Shown here piece after piece: positions 13,130 through 24,950 of a DNA stretch of 43,189 nucleotides. Under the pieces are notes generated by a model, which saw only the letters and a list, made by a program, of their open reading frames with translations, ran no database searches and was not told where the DNA came from. Position 1 is the first letter of the stretch. The number at the start of each line of letters is the position of its first letter. The stretch is from Tubiluchus corallicola (Eukaryota; Animalia; Priapulida), in the NCBI GenBank assembly GCA_030141605.1, contig JAQGDQ010000677.1, forward strand, positions 1 to 43,189, in the 5' to 3' direction. A program made the position numbers and the translations under genes.

Positions 13130-13318
13130 CTAACCTCAATCTCAACCTCAAATCTCAAATCTCAAATCTCAAATCTCAAATCTCAAATCTCAGATCTCAA
13201 ATCTCAATTCTCAAATCTTAAATCTTAATCGCATTCTCAATCTGAATCTCAATCTTAATCTTAAATCTTAAATCTTAACCTCAATGTCAATGTCAATCTC
13301 AATTTTAATCTTAATCTT
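13130..13318. repeat. (AAATCTC)n/(AATCTT)n simple repeat
   Basis: Directly visible 6-7 bp units. Confidence 0.9.
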
Positions 13319-14507
13319 TTTAGCAAAATGTCGCAGTGTCAAAGTAACTTACTATTCACAGAATCTTAGGAAAATATTTCACTGCTGCATTACATTAATT
13401 TCTAAAAAATCATTTAAACTGCATGTCTGTTAGTTCTGTCAATCAGAGGGTCGTCATTTCAGACTAAGCTTACGTGAATTGCTACTTTGCCACTTTGAAG
13501 TAGTGCCACAATTTCAACGCACCCTGTATGAATCCAAAGACACCATAGACGCCGAGATACACATTTCTCGTGTGAACGCTTGGGTCGGGATCGGTGCTCC
13601 AAACGCTGAGTCCTACTATTGATGACATCACAAAATAATATAATTTTCATCATCAAAAGCATGCCGTGAGCGTTTTGCATGTGTCTGCGAAAATGAAAAT
13701 TGAAGGAACGTACTACTGTACGATATTCAGTGTGTTGTACTAAAACTAGGCAAGTTTTTAGGTAAAAATTCAAATTTCAAGTTTACCGCTGTACTCACGC
13801 ATGAGCTGTCAAGCGTGTGTAGTACATCACAAACTAACACATCTGAACTGAGAAGTACAGCACCTGTTTTTTATGCAAATTAAGTGTGTTAAAATGAATA
13901 CTTTTTATTGGACTTGAAAATGGGGTAGTATATGAAAAATCATCCTGTCTTCCATTAAACTCTCAATATAGCAGTGAAAGAAGTCTTGGTATGTAAATGC
14001 ATGTAGGTCTAAGAGTGCTTAACTTCACACAAATTTCAAATGTTAAAACGAAGCCCTCATTGTACAATCTCAAAAAGTCTTTTCACAATTTGGTTGTGCG
14101 CACGCGCAGTTCATGTACGAATACGAGATTACGTTCATTACCGTTTATAGAAACAGATTTCGCTAACAAACGTTGCAAGCCAAAAACCGGAAGCCAGGTA
14201 AAACCGTACGTAGACACCCGTTTACTGTCTTTATTTTGGACTTGAAATGCTTTCTAATAAACGCATCTAAATGTTCCTAGTATTCCCGGGTTTTCTTGCA
14301 CCAATTATCGTGGTGACTTTTGTGACGACAGTAAAAAAAACGAGAATTTTTCCTTCTGCCATAACGCTAAATTTATTCTTTTTACGAAAGCGCAATATAC
14401 ATTTTTTCTGTTCCATATCAACTCAACAACTAACTAACTTCCTACTTCAACTAGGTTAACTCCTCAAACCAGTTCCTACAGCTATACGTAAATTAGTTCA
14501 CAAAGCA

Positions 14508-17462
14508 ATAACACGCGAACATCCTACACAGTCCTCATTTATAACACAAAGCCCGTAAAGCCCGTAACATCCTGCCTACTTACCTAACGCAAAGCCTGTA
14601 GCCCATAACATCTTGCCTACTGTATGTCTGTTTATCTAACGCAGAGCAGCTTTTTGCTGAATTAAAGTTATAGAGTACAATGGATGACGTCAGCACAATG
14701 GAATGCGGTCAACACGGTTTTCTAAGCGAAAAATGTCGAAATTTGCGGAAAATAAAACACGTAATTAACTCGTTGATACTCCTCTCGGTGGACCTGCCCT
14801 AACATATAGCCCACATCATCGTGTAGCCCGGTCCTTCCTCTTTGTAAAGAACCCCATATCTCCTTCCTAGAGTCCCACCGGGCGACGCTAGAACGTTTTT
14901 CCCGCATGCTGTTTGGTCAAAATTTCGAAAAGATCGCGAGTTGGGTCCGGGAAAACGCCCGTTGCGGGGCGCCCTGGCCCTTTCGGGAATTCTAAACATG
15001 CCTACTACACCCACCGCTGAACGGGCTATCTCTCCGTATTCAGTACCCCCCTCGGCCAGTTCCCGTTCTCTACATCTCAGCCGTATAACTTTTGCAAAAA
15101 ACGGCCGAAAAAGGGCCATTTTTGGAGGTTTTTCGCCCCCCCGCCTTCCTTCCGGTGGGCCCAATTCGAAAAATAAACCATCAATGGCACGACACTAGAT
15201 CGAGACCTTTCATTTGATATATAGATCGCCGCAAATGGTGCCCACGTCCGGGCTGTAGCCTCGAATCTTATGTATATATAAAGCCCATACCAAGAATATT
15301 AATATAAGAGACTAGCAAAGGCCCCGCAAAAGATTTTGCGTAAAAAACCTCGTGTAATCAACAATACGCGAACATTCTACCTAGTCCTCATTTATAACAC
15401 AAAGCCCGTAACATCATGCCTACTGTTTGTTTAACTAACGCAAAGCCTGTAGCTTTTTGCTGAATTAAAGTTATAGAGACAAAGTACAATGGATGACGTC
15501 AGCACAATGGAATGCGGTCAACAGGGTTTTCTAAGCGAAAAATGTCGAAATTTGCGGAAAATAAAACACGTAATTAACTCGTTGATACTCCTCTCGGTGG
15601 ACCTGTCCTAACATATAGCCCACATCATCGTGTAGCCCTGTCCTTCCTCTTTGTAAAGAGCTATAGATCTCCTTCCGAGAGTCCCACCAGGCGCCGCTAG
15701 AACGTTTTTTCCGCAGGCCGTTTGGTCAAAATTTCGAAAAAATCGCGAGTTGGGTCTGGGAAAACGCCCGTTGCGGGGCGCCCTGGCCCTCTCAGGAATT
15801 CTAAATATGCCTACTACACCCACCGCTGAACGGGCTATCTAGCCATACCCAGCACCCCCCTCGGCCCGTTCCCGTTCTCTACATCTCAGCCGTATAACTT
15901 TTGCAAAAAACGGCCGAAAAATGGCCATTTTGGGGGGTTTTTCGCCTCCCCCTCCTCCCGGTGGGCCCCATTCGAAAAATAAACCATCAATGAGACGACA
16001 CTAGATCGAGACCTTTCGTTTGATATAAGATCGCCGCAAATGGCGCCCTCGTCCGGGCTGTAGCCTCGAATCTTATATATAAATAAATATATTAAGATAC
16101 CAAGAATATTAATATAAGAGAACTAGCCAAACCCCACAAAAAGAATTTTGTGCACAAATCAACACAAAACCCACACCACACCACTCCACCTCATCACACC
16201 ACACCATACCACTCCACCACATCACACCACACAGCACCACACCATAACACCACACTGCACCACACCACCCACCCACCTACACACCACACCACCCACACCA
16301 CACCATACCACCTACACACCACACCACCCACACCATACCACTCCACCACATCACACCACACTGCACCACACTGCACCACACCATACCACTGCACCACCCA
16401 CACACCACACCACACCACCCACACCATAATACTCCACCACATCACACCGCACAGCACCACACCATAACACCACACTGCACCACACCACACAGCACCACAC
16501 CATAAAACCACACTGCACCACACCACCCACCCACCTACACACCACACCGCACCACACCATACCGCTGCAGCACACTGCACCACCCACACACCACACCACA
16601 CCACCCACACCATACGACTCCACCACATCACACCACACTGCACCACACCACCACACCATACCACTGCACCACCCACACACCACACCACACCACCCACACC
16701 ATAATACTCCACCACATCACACCGCACAGCACCACACCATAACACCACACTGCACCACACCACCCACCCACTACACACCACACCACCCACACCATACCAC
16801 TCCACCACATCACACCACACCGCACCACAACATACCACTGCAGCACACCGCACAACCCACATACCACACCACACCAACCACACCATACGACTCCACCACA
16901 TCACACCACACCACACTGCACCACACCACACCGCACCACACCACACCACACCACCCACACCATAATACTCCACCACATCACACCGCACTGCACCACACCA
17001 TAACACCACCCACACACCACGCCACCCACTCCATACCACACTACCCACACCACACCCCACACACCCTATCACCCCACCACACCATCCATAGCACAACACA
17101 CAAAGCACACCACCACCACACCACATCAAATCCACCACCTCACGTGGTGATCATGATGTTGATGATGATGGTGGCAACGATGACAACACCTATAGCACAA
17201 GCACCAACAGCACAGCATTACAACAAAACCATTCCAAACATTTTTCACAAAGTTGAAACTATGTGCTATAATATATTAAATAGCAAAGGCCCCGCAAAAG
17301 ATTGCGTATAAATACACGTGTAACCAATAATACGCGAACATCCTACCTAGTCCACATTTATAACACAAAGCCCGTAACATCGTGTCTACTGTTTGTTTAC
17401 TTTGCCTGTAGCAGCTTTTTGCTGAATTAAAGCTATAAGATTATAGACAGAATACAATGGAT
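14508..17462 (-). mobile_element. Tandem array of a non-autonomous Helitron (copies about 14508-15311, 15312-16121, from 16123 degenerate, about 17281-17462 partial)
   Basis: On the minus strand a unit starts TCTCTTATATTAATA and ends with hairpin CGCAAAA-TC-TTTTGCG, 9 nt, then CTAG; two highly similar about 800-bp units; no Rep/helicase ORF. Confidence 0.75.
16150..17140. repeat. Degenerate (CACCA)n low-complexity satellite
   Basis: About 1 kb of CACCA/CACAC variants with higher-order repeats. Confidence 0.95.
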
Positions 17463-17604
17463 AGATGGCTTCTTTACGGCGGGTGAATCGCGAAGCCCAA
17501 ACTTCACGACATCTGCTGAATAATTCATGATTTTGAAAATAAAATACAACAACTCCAAACAAATCGGACTGTAAGCTAAGTAATCTATAGTCGTCGTGTA
17601 TAAA

Positions 17605-17915
17605 GGTCACAGTTTGTGCACCAATGACCTGAGTATAAGTACTGTGTTAAGTGCTGCAGTCTTCTGTTTTATATTGGGCTTGTGTAACGGTCACAGTTTG
17701 TGCACCAATGACCTGAGCATAAGTACTGTGTTAAGTGCTGCAGTCTTCTGTTTTATATTGGGCTTGTGTAACGGTCATAGTTTGTGCACCAATGACCTGA
17801 GCATAAGTACTGTGTTAAGTGCTGCAGTCTTCTGTTTTGGGCTTGTGTAACGGTCACAGTTTGTGCACCAATGACCTGAATATAACTACTATGTTAAGTG
17901 CTGCAGTCTTCTCTT
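17605..17915. repeat. 84-bp tandem repeat, about 3.7 copies
   Basis: Unit GGTCACAGTTTGTGCACCAATGACCTGAG...GGGCTTGTGTAAC. Confidence 0.93.
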
Positions 17916-17943
17916 TTATTTTAACTGTTCTGAGTAGCTGATC

Positions 17944-19086
17944 GTGTTAAACTGCGCCAAGATAATTTATCAACACAGAAAAGGCATTTTTCGCCGCGTT
18001 TACGTCTTCGTGGTGCTGTTGTTCGCCATCATTAGTTACGTAACGTTAAATCGATCTGAGAACAAACGACAAACGTTTGATGATGACGGAAAACGGTCAA
18101 GCTCAATCCTCGCCACACCAGGTGACGTCACAAAAGATGAACCATTCCATCTGGAGATTGCCCTATTGACGATGAATAGACCTTGCTCATTGGAAAGACT
18201 GCTAAACGCGTTGGCCGCTGCAGAATATGACGGTGATATAGTGCAGTTAAAGATTTGTATTGATAGGAAAAAAGAAATATCCAAGGAAACTGTTGATATT
18301 GCTAAGTCATTCGACTGGCCTTATGGTAAAAAGGAAGTAGTAATTAATGACAGCAATAAAGGGGTTGATATGCAATGGTTTACTTGTTGGATACCTTCAA
18401 AAAAACCCGGACACTATGGCATTATGTTCGAAGATGACACAGCGCCATCTAGGTTCTATTACAGATGGATAAAAGCCGCCCTCCTCTTCTACAAGGATGA
18501 TCCGGAAGTGGGTGCTGTAACACTCACGACTGGATCCACTGTTGGAAGAACGGACAGAGGTCGTAATCAACTCAAAATGCCGTTGTGTCCAAAATGTAAT
18601 GACACAGTTTACCTAAATCCACTTGTAGGAGTATTTGGCTTGGCTCCCATGCCACACGTGTGGACGAAATTTCTCCAGTGGGCATTTGAGAAATTGGAGG
18701 ACTCCTCATTTCGCCCGTACATTCGACGTGAAAAGTATCTGTTCCTCAACAAGTACATTAAATTATTTGCAAGGCGGTCGCTGACAATTGCCAGTGAGAC
18801 ATTCACGGGTTATTACTTTAACGAAAATCACATGTATACACTTTATACACTTTATGTATGTACGTAATGTAATAACATTAGAGGTAAAAACAAAACATTA
18901 ATTAGTAACTTTTGTAACGAAACATTAATTAGTAACTTTTGTGAACCGGGAATTCATTACAGTAAATCAAGTAAAAAAAGTGCCATGTGTGGAGGTAAAC
19001 TGCTTGATACGTGGAATGATGCTTACACAGTGTTTCCAGAAAAGCCTAAAAAACTCAACTGGGATGCAGAGATAATAAATGAGTAA
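17944..19086 (+). CDS. GT2-like (GT-A fold) type II membrane glycosyltransferase; in-frame TAA at 18865-18867, possible pseudogene or null allele
   Basis: N-terminal TM (VYVFVVLLFAIISYVTL); motifs LLTMNRPCSLERLL, FDWPYGKK, IMFEDD, FYYRWIK resemble the uncharacterised plant/fungal GT2-like family (Arabidopsis At5g60700 type, from memory); the frame continues 72 codons past the stop (EPGIHY...LLDTW...FPEKP..LNW) to TAA 19084-19086. No ATG at the start; possible acceptor TAG at 17935-17937. Confidence 0.75.
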
Positions 19087-19185
19087 AGTACTAAAATCAT
19101 TAAGTAGCAGCTTTTCGTTTAAGCCCGTACTTTCATGCGTGAGATATAAACAAATTAAGATTTTTACATCATAAATTTATTTTAA

Positions 19186-19563
19186 CCCTTTCATACCCAT
19201 TGTATCCCGTGGGATGCAAGAATATTTTCTGCATTTAAAATTAATAAAATTTTAAAACTGACAGTTATTTGATCTGTTTGATTTAAGCTAATAACAATAG
19301 ACTAAAAATGGTGATAAAATGGCAAACTAGAAAATCTACATAACACAAAAAACTGCGCAAGGTACAGTACTTTAGAGACGACTTTGTACAGATCAGCATA
19401 GCATGCATACTAAATGTCTTAAATACTTTAAAAAATTATCAGCAGTTGCAAAATGAAGCACATTTTTTGCTTTTGTTGTGTTTTTAAAAAAGTCGCACTT
19501 TGTTTTTTTGCACATGACAAAGAATGTTGTGTATCCCACAGGATACATTGGGAACAAACGGTT
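19186..19563. mobile_element. piggyBac-like MITE
   Basis: TTAA|CCCTTTCATACCCATTGTATCCCGTGGGAT at left; inverted GTATCCCACAGGATACATTGGGAACAAACGG at right; the same motif occurs at about 10100-10130. Confidence 0.6.
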
Positions 19564-19774
19564 GTAATTCACTTTCATAATACTAGACAGGAATGCAATG
19601 AAATATTAAAAAGTTTTTTAACACAGGAGGAGTTCGTAATAGTGTAGCAAAACATGCCAGTTGGGACTTGAACTGATTAGATTAGTTTTTTGACATTACC
19701 GTTTCCTTAAAAAGCAGTATAATTTACAGTTTACTCAGTAAACTGAATTAAAGAATTTTAAATTTTATTCTTCA

Positions 19775-19932
19775 GACCAGACGGTTTAGTCTAGTGGTAA
19801 TCCGTCTGCTTTCCGTCTGGGAGGTCGTGAGTTCGAACCAGCGGCCGGGTCATACCAAAGACTTTAAAAATGGTACCTGCTGTTGCCCTGCCTGACGCGT
19901 GGTATTTAGGGTAAAAGTGGGGTAATAATAGC
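19775..19932 (+). mobile_element. tRNA-derived SINE (truncated), probably with a V-type central domain
   Basis: A box TAGTCTAGTGG (19787-19797), B box GAGTTCGAACC (19829-19839), followed by GGGTCATACCAAAGACTTTAAAAATGGTACC, a conserved SINE body motif (V-SINE assignment from memory). Confidence 0.75.
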
Positions 19933-20027
19933 CTCTGTTATGTAGTTGTAGGTTGTTTTTTACAGTCCCGATAATAGCTCTTTGAGCTAATGTTAATTGT
20001 TGACCCAAAAGCCGACTTTAAATAAAG

Positions 20028-20126
<99 letters not shown>
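20028..20126. repeat. (ATT)n microsatellite
   Basis: Perfect triplet run. Confidence 0.98.
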
Positions 20127-20939
20127 GTATTTATGATTGCTTGAATTTGAAATTGGATTTAAGACTTCATAGTACTTTATACGACACGCCAGTTTTTTCA
20201 ATTTGTCCTAAAGACCGCAAAAGCAAGGTAATACGTCAGTAATAACTGCGTGACGTAATGTCAGAAATGACGTAATCTTAGGAAACCAGATAACGCAAAA
20301 ATAGTGTTTGCTACGTGAAAACACTTTCTGGTATCGATAAACCATACATTTCGACAGGAAAATAGTGCAACTAATTCATTTCATTTAATTAGTGTTGTGC
20401 ACTTAAGGAATTACACATAAACTATGTTATTAGTTATACGAAATTTAAATATTAAAGCACTTTTCTGGCTCACCTGACAAAATGCGCCTTTTACGTGCAA
20501 AGTAGAAAAACAATGTGAACTTGTTTATCGCTAAAAGCCTTAGGTGGCTTAGTGCTTGGCACTTGTGAAAGAGTTGAGATGAATTAGCTCTAATAACAGA
20601 ATGTCATAACAAGATTGCTTTCACCTGAAAAGGATGCATTCAAAAAGATTTTAACTGCATACGTTCAATTTTCCAGATAATATTGACGATTACGGCAAGT
20701 TCAAACTTGGAGACTCAGAACCTGATGTGTAAGACGGCAAGATGAGAACACAGGGACTGCGCCTTTGCCTAAACTTGATATGGTGAGCTGTGAAAAGAGG
20801 AAGTGTCACATAAACTTGACCAGTGGTCAAGGATTGATCTGTGATGCTGTGAAGACAGAATCTTGTCAGTCTGTTACATGTACTGCAGTCACAAACAAGC
20901 TCACGCTCTAACAAGTGCACTTTTGTCCTGGAACGACCA

Positions 20940-21644
20940 ATGAGAATGGAGCAAACTAATAATGACAACAATTCATTAACAAACATTTCTCGGGATTTAA
21001 GCGCATTTGTACCGACGGACAATCGGTTCGTCATAATAGGTTCTGTAACGTTCTTCAACCTCTTGGCGCTCATGATAGAACTGACCAATCTGCTGGTCAT
21101 CATCGCCATCTATAAACATCCGAACTTGCAGACGTGCACCAACATGTTGGTGGCAAACCTGGCTGTTGCCGACCTGCTTACGGGAACCATCCTACATTAT
21201 GTGCAGACAATCTCCTTCTTGGCCAATCACCTGCTGACCAAATTCATGTGTTTGTTCCAGTACGTCATACTTGTGACAGTGGGGACCGTATCACAGATGA
21301 CGTTGCTTGTCGTTACAATCGACAGATTCATTGCCATCGTTTACCCTTTACACTATCCATCAATCATCAAACCCAAAGTGACTAGAATAGTGATTGTCCT
21401 GATATGGTGTTACTCAATATGTCTGTCAAGCTTTCAGTACCACAACAATCGGTGGTTTCCGGAAAGCGGTTGCCGTTACGAGTTTGTCGTCAATGACAAG
21501 GTTATTCAAATGCTGAGCGGTCATCTTATCATCAACGTAGCGGTCATGATAATGTTATACAGCAAGGTACTGCTAATAGCGAGAAGACATACCAGAAGAA
21601 TGCGAAGCGACAAGGATTACAGACATCATCTGAAAGCTGCCAAG
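20940..21644 (+). CDS. Class A (rhodopsin-like) GPCR, exon 1 (TM1-TM5)
   Basis: TNLLVI, NLAVADLL, IDRFIAIVYPLHY, TM4 Trp, TM5 LYSKV; donor AAG|GTAATA, phase 0. Confidence 0.93.
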
Positions 21645-22699
21645 GTAATAGAAACCTTTTATACAGGTACCTCTGAGTCTCTGACTATGTTATACTGTTA
21701 GCACGATTTATAAGTCAAAATTTCGTAAGATGCAATAATCACGCCAATCACAACAAACATTACAATCACTTTGTCTGCAAGGAATAATCAAGTCTTACAA
21801 TGAATGGCAAGTAGATGTGGAGGAAGAGAGACAGTTATGAATGTGGCAACGGCAACTACGATTACACAGCTTGTAATATCCAAAAGCTCTTAGTAATGTT
21901 AGATGACTCTTTAAAGGTCAAAGGTCAACTGTCCAAACATTGGCCACTCTATCCTTCATCTGACTTTAACACTATGATGGAATTACACTTACAATTTGCT
22001 TAGCAAGCAGATCAAAGAAATGACAAGCTGAAAAAGGTAATTAGAGCAGAGTGAATGGATATATTAAAGGAACAGTGCAGTAGAAATAAGACAAATATGA
22101 CAAAACGATCGTGGACTTCTGCATTATGATGTCCTAATGACATAAGAATCATATACAATTATACTTTCAAGCCATTATTCGAATTCTCCTGCCATAAAAC
22201 TTAAAACTGATCCCATTTAAGGACCCTCCATGATGTAATATCGGTATACTTATGGAGTTTGTTGGTGCTCTGTTTTTCGGAACACCTTATAGCAGTTCAT
22301 CTGATGTAGAAAAGACGTGTCCTTCGCATGTGCCTGCAGGGCAAAACTTGGAAACCAGAACTGTAGTAGTAAATACCGATGATAAGTTCAAAACTGCTAA
22401 AAATATGAAATAGCATGACCAGAGACTAAATTTAAAAAGGGTTATGAATCTCTTGAACTGTACTGATTAAAGAATTTTTTTCAACTTTTGCATGTGAACA
22501 TTAACTAGTGCTAGTGAATTAAGTTTTCACTATCTCAATAAATTCTTACAATTTAACGTTACAAGATAATTTACAATTCTTTACTACAAAATACCGTAAC
22601 GAGACAATTGAAAATACTTCAGTTTACATTTGAACCCACATCCAGCCGAAACACATCTTGCATCGCTATTGATATTATAAATTTTTGCATTTTCTGCAG

Positions 22700-23038
22700 G
22701 TGATGTTCATTGTTATCGGAACGTTCATCGCATGTTGGTCACCGTACACCATATTTAGCATACTGGTTTTAGGAACACCGTGGACACCATGGTATGGTTC
22801 ATTACGAAGAATTGCCTACATGTTGGTATTCAGTAATTCACTCTGCAATCCAATCATATATGCTTGGAAGTACCGTGAATTTCGGAGAGCCTTCAAGCGC
22901 CTACTGGCCTGTAACTTCGCAAAAGTGACACCAGAGGGCGACACCGGGCAGAGTGTGACGTCACAAGAAGGCAGTAAAGCAACAACAGATACAAACGTGA
23001 GAGACATAGAGTTTAAAATAACCCCTGCAAATATATGA
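22700..23038 (+). CDS. Class A GPCR, exon 2 (TM6-TM7, C-tail); spliced product 347 aa, orphan adenosine/amine-receptor-like
   Basis: Acceptor TTTTCTGCAG|; FIACWSPY, NSLCNPIIY, helix 8 EFRRAFKRLL, Cys; TGA ends at 23038. Confidence 0.93.
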   Translation: MMFIVIGTFIACWSPYTIFSILVLGTPWTPWYGSLRRIAYMLVFSNSLCNPIIYAWKYREFRRAFKRLLACNFAKVTPEGDTGQSVTSQEGSKATTDTNVRDIEFKITPANI

Positions 23039-23211
23039 ATGTTAACTGCAAACTTTGCATTGTAAAATACATAAATTGTGACACAGAACGTAACATGCAA
23101 AGTCTGTCTTACTAATCTTAAGTGTCAATGTCATTTTTATTTTGATACTGAATGAGAATGATATGATTGTGTACCTAGTCCTCCCACTAGACAGCTAAAG
23201 CTTACAGTCAC

Positions 23212-23585
23212 TAGGGGTCAGCATCAAACATTCTAATTCGATTCGAATGAGTTTTTTAACTACAAATTCGATTTGAACCTGAAATTATAGATTCGGCTGA
23301 AATTACGTCTGAAATTAACACTCCAGCCACACACGTTCTTTATCATTAAAATGTTTGAAACATCACGCAATCAGCTCAATTTAGCTGCAGTTTCTGTGCA
23401 AAATTTTTAACAAACTAATTGCGGTTTTACTGCAGAACAAAATTAAGTAACATTCATGATCTTCGTAAGATCACTTTTTACTACTGAATCGAAAACTTGT
23501 TCGGAATTCTTTCAAACTCAATACGAATTCGATTCAGATTCGATTTGATTTGAATTCGCTTTCTGGCAGAGAATGTTCACTCCTA
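23212..23585. mobile_element. hAT MITE, copy 2
   Basis: TAGGGGTCAGCAT...ATGTTCACTCCTA; internal homology to copies 1 and 3; TSD not retained. Confidence 0.75.
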
Positions 23586-23632
23586 GTATGTACACTACAT
23601 GCATTTTGGGCAAAACTATTACATAATTTATA

Positions 23633-23924
23633 ATTCGTGCAGTTCCACCACGACCCGCCACTGTAATAGACAAGAAATATTCGTGCAGTTCCGCCACGAC
23701 CCGCCACTGTAATAGACAAGAAATATTCGTGCAGTTCCGCCACGACCCGCCACTGTAATAGACAAGAAATATTCGTGCAGTTCCACCACGACCCGCCATT
23801 GTGATAGACAAGAAATATTCATGCAGTTCCGCCACGACCCGCCACTGTAACAGACAAGAAATATTCGTGCAGTTCCGCCACGACCCGCCACTGTAATAGA
23901 CAAGAAATATTCGTGCAGTTCCGC
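23633..23924. repeat. 46-bp GC-rich minisatellite, about 6 copies
   Basis: Unit ATTCGTGCAGTTCCGCCACGACCCGCCACTGTAATAGACAAGAAAT. Confidence 0.95.
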
Positions 23925-24457
23925 AGACTGCAAACATACAGCCATCATCTAATACGAAGCCTTTTAATGTAAATAGCAGGACTGGTTCTTGTGGTACGTA
24001 TGGACTGATACAATAGCTAAATATGAGCAATAATCATCCATGATGAGGCTTCAATGAATCGACGAAAGTATCCTAGTCAGGTTGTGAGTAGGCAGCATTC
24101 CTGGCAGTCACACATGCTTTTACTAACCAGACCCTGCAATGCATCACTGTCTTAATCAAACACACAGCCCAGCTATCTCTTTAAAAGGGATCATTTGACA
24201 GACCGTCTAATACTACGTCACCCTTGGCATTTACCAGTAATGTAAAGAAATAAAAGGTTATTAAGATAGCTGGCTTAGGTAAACAATTATGAAGTATTTG
24301 TCTGTTTGATTTCCTAACTTAAATAAAAGAACAGGTGCCAAAGGTATAAACCCACGTAAAGAGTTGACATTTTCATTGCCGAAAGTTTGACGCATTTCTA
24401 AAGTTTCTTTTCGTTAATGATTTGATCAACTACATTAACACTAAAATGTGCTCATAC

Positions 24458-24524
24458 ATGAAGGTTTCTGCACTTTTTTCTGCTTTATTGATTACCTCAG
24501 CGATTACTCAGTCAGATGTTTTTG
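24458..24524 (+). CDS. Putative signal-peptide exon of the CUB-Ig-CUB gene
   Basis: MKVSALFSALLITSAITQSDVF G|GTAAGA; phase 1 matches the 29051 acceptor; alternative in-frame ATG at 24446. Linkage to the downstream exons is inferred. Confidence 0.55.
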
Positions 24525-24689
24525 GTAAGATGAACAATTATTATATTGTAACGTGTTTTTAACGTAACAAAGTAGAGCTACTTTCATCTGTCAAACTTTT
24601 TTTGTTACAGACAACGAATTTTTGTTTACTACTTGTGCCAATAAAACTAATAAATATTTCGAAGATTTCGAATCAATTTTTGACTTTAT

Positions 24690-24950
24690 TATAACCATAG
24701 TCATCACTATCATCATCATATTCTTCACCCTCTTTATCATCATCAGCATCATCAGCATTATCATCGTGATCATTATCATCATCGTTATCATTATCATCAT
24801 TATTATCAACATCGCCACCGTAATCACCATCATAATCGGCATCATCATCATCATCATCATCGGCATCGTTATCATCATCATCACCATCACCATAATCGTC
24901 GTCGTCGTCGTTGTCGTCAGCCTAGCTACTGCTGCTGTCATCGTTATCAT
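24690..24950. repeat. Degenerate (ATC)n microsatellite
   Basis: Directly visible. Confidence 0.93.

Noticed and set aside
14799-15823. ORFs inside the GC-rich 800-bp units
   Set aside because: Frames are not conserved between the two copies and no Rep/helicase motifs are present.
16148-17138. His/Thr/Pro- and Val/Trp/Cys-rich ORFs up to 314 aa
   Set aside because: Translations of the CACCA satellite, open in several frames.
19775-19850. Possible tRNA gene
   Set aside because: It has A and B boxes but no convincing acceptor stem or terminator and runs into a SINE body.
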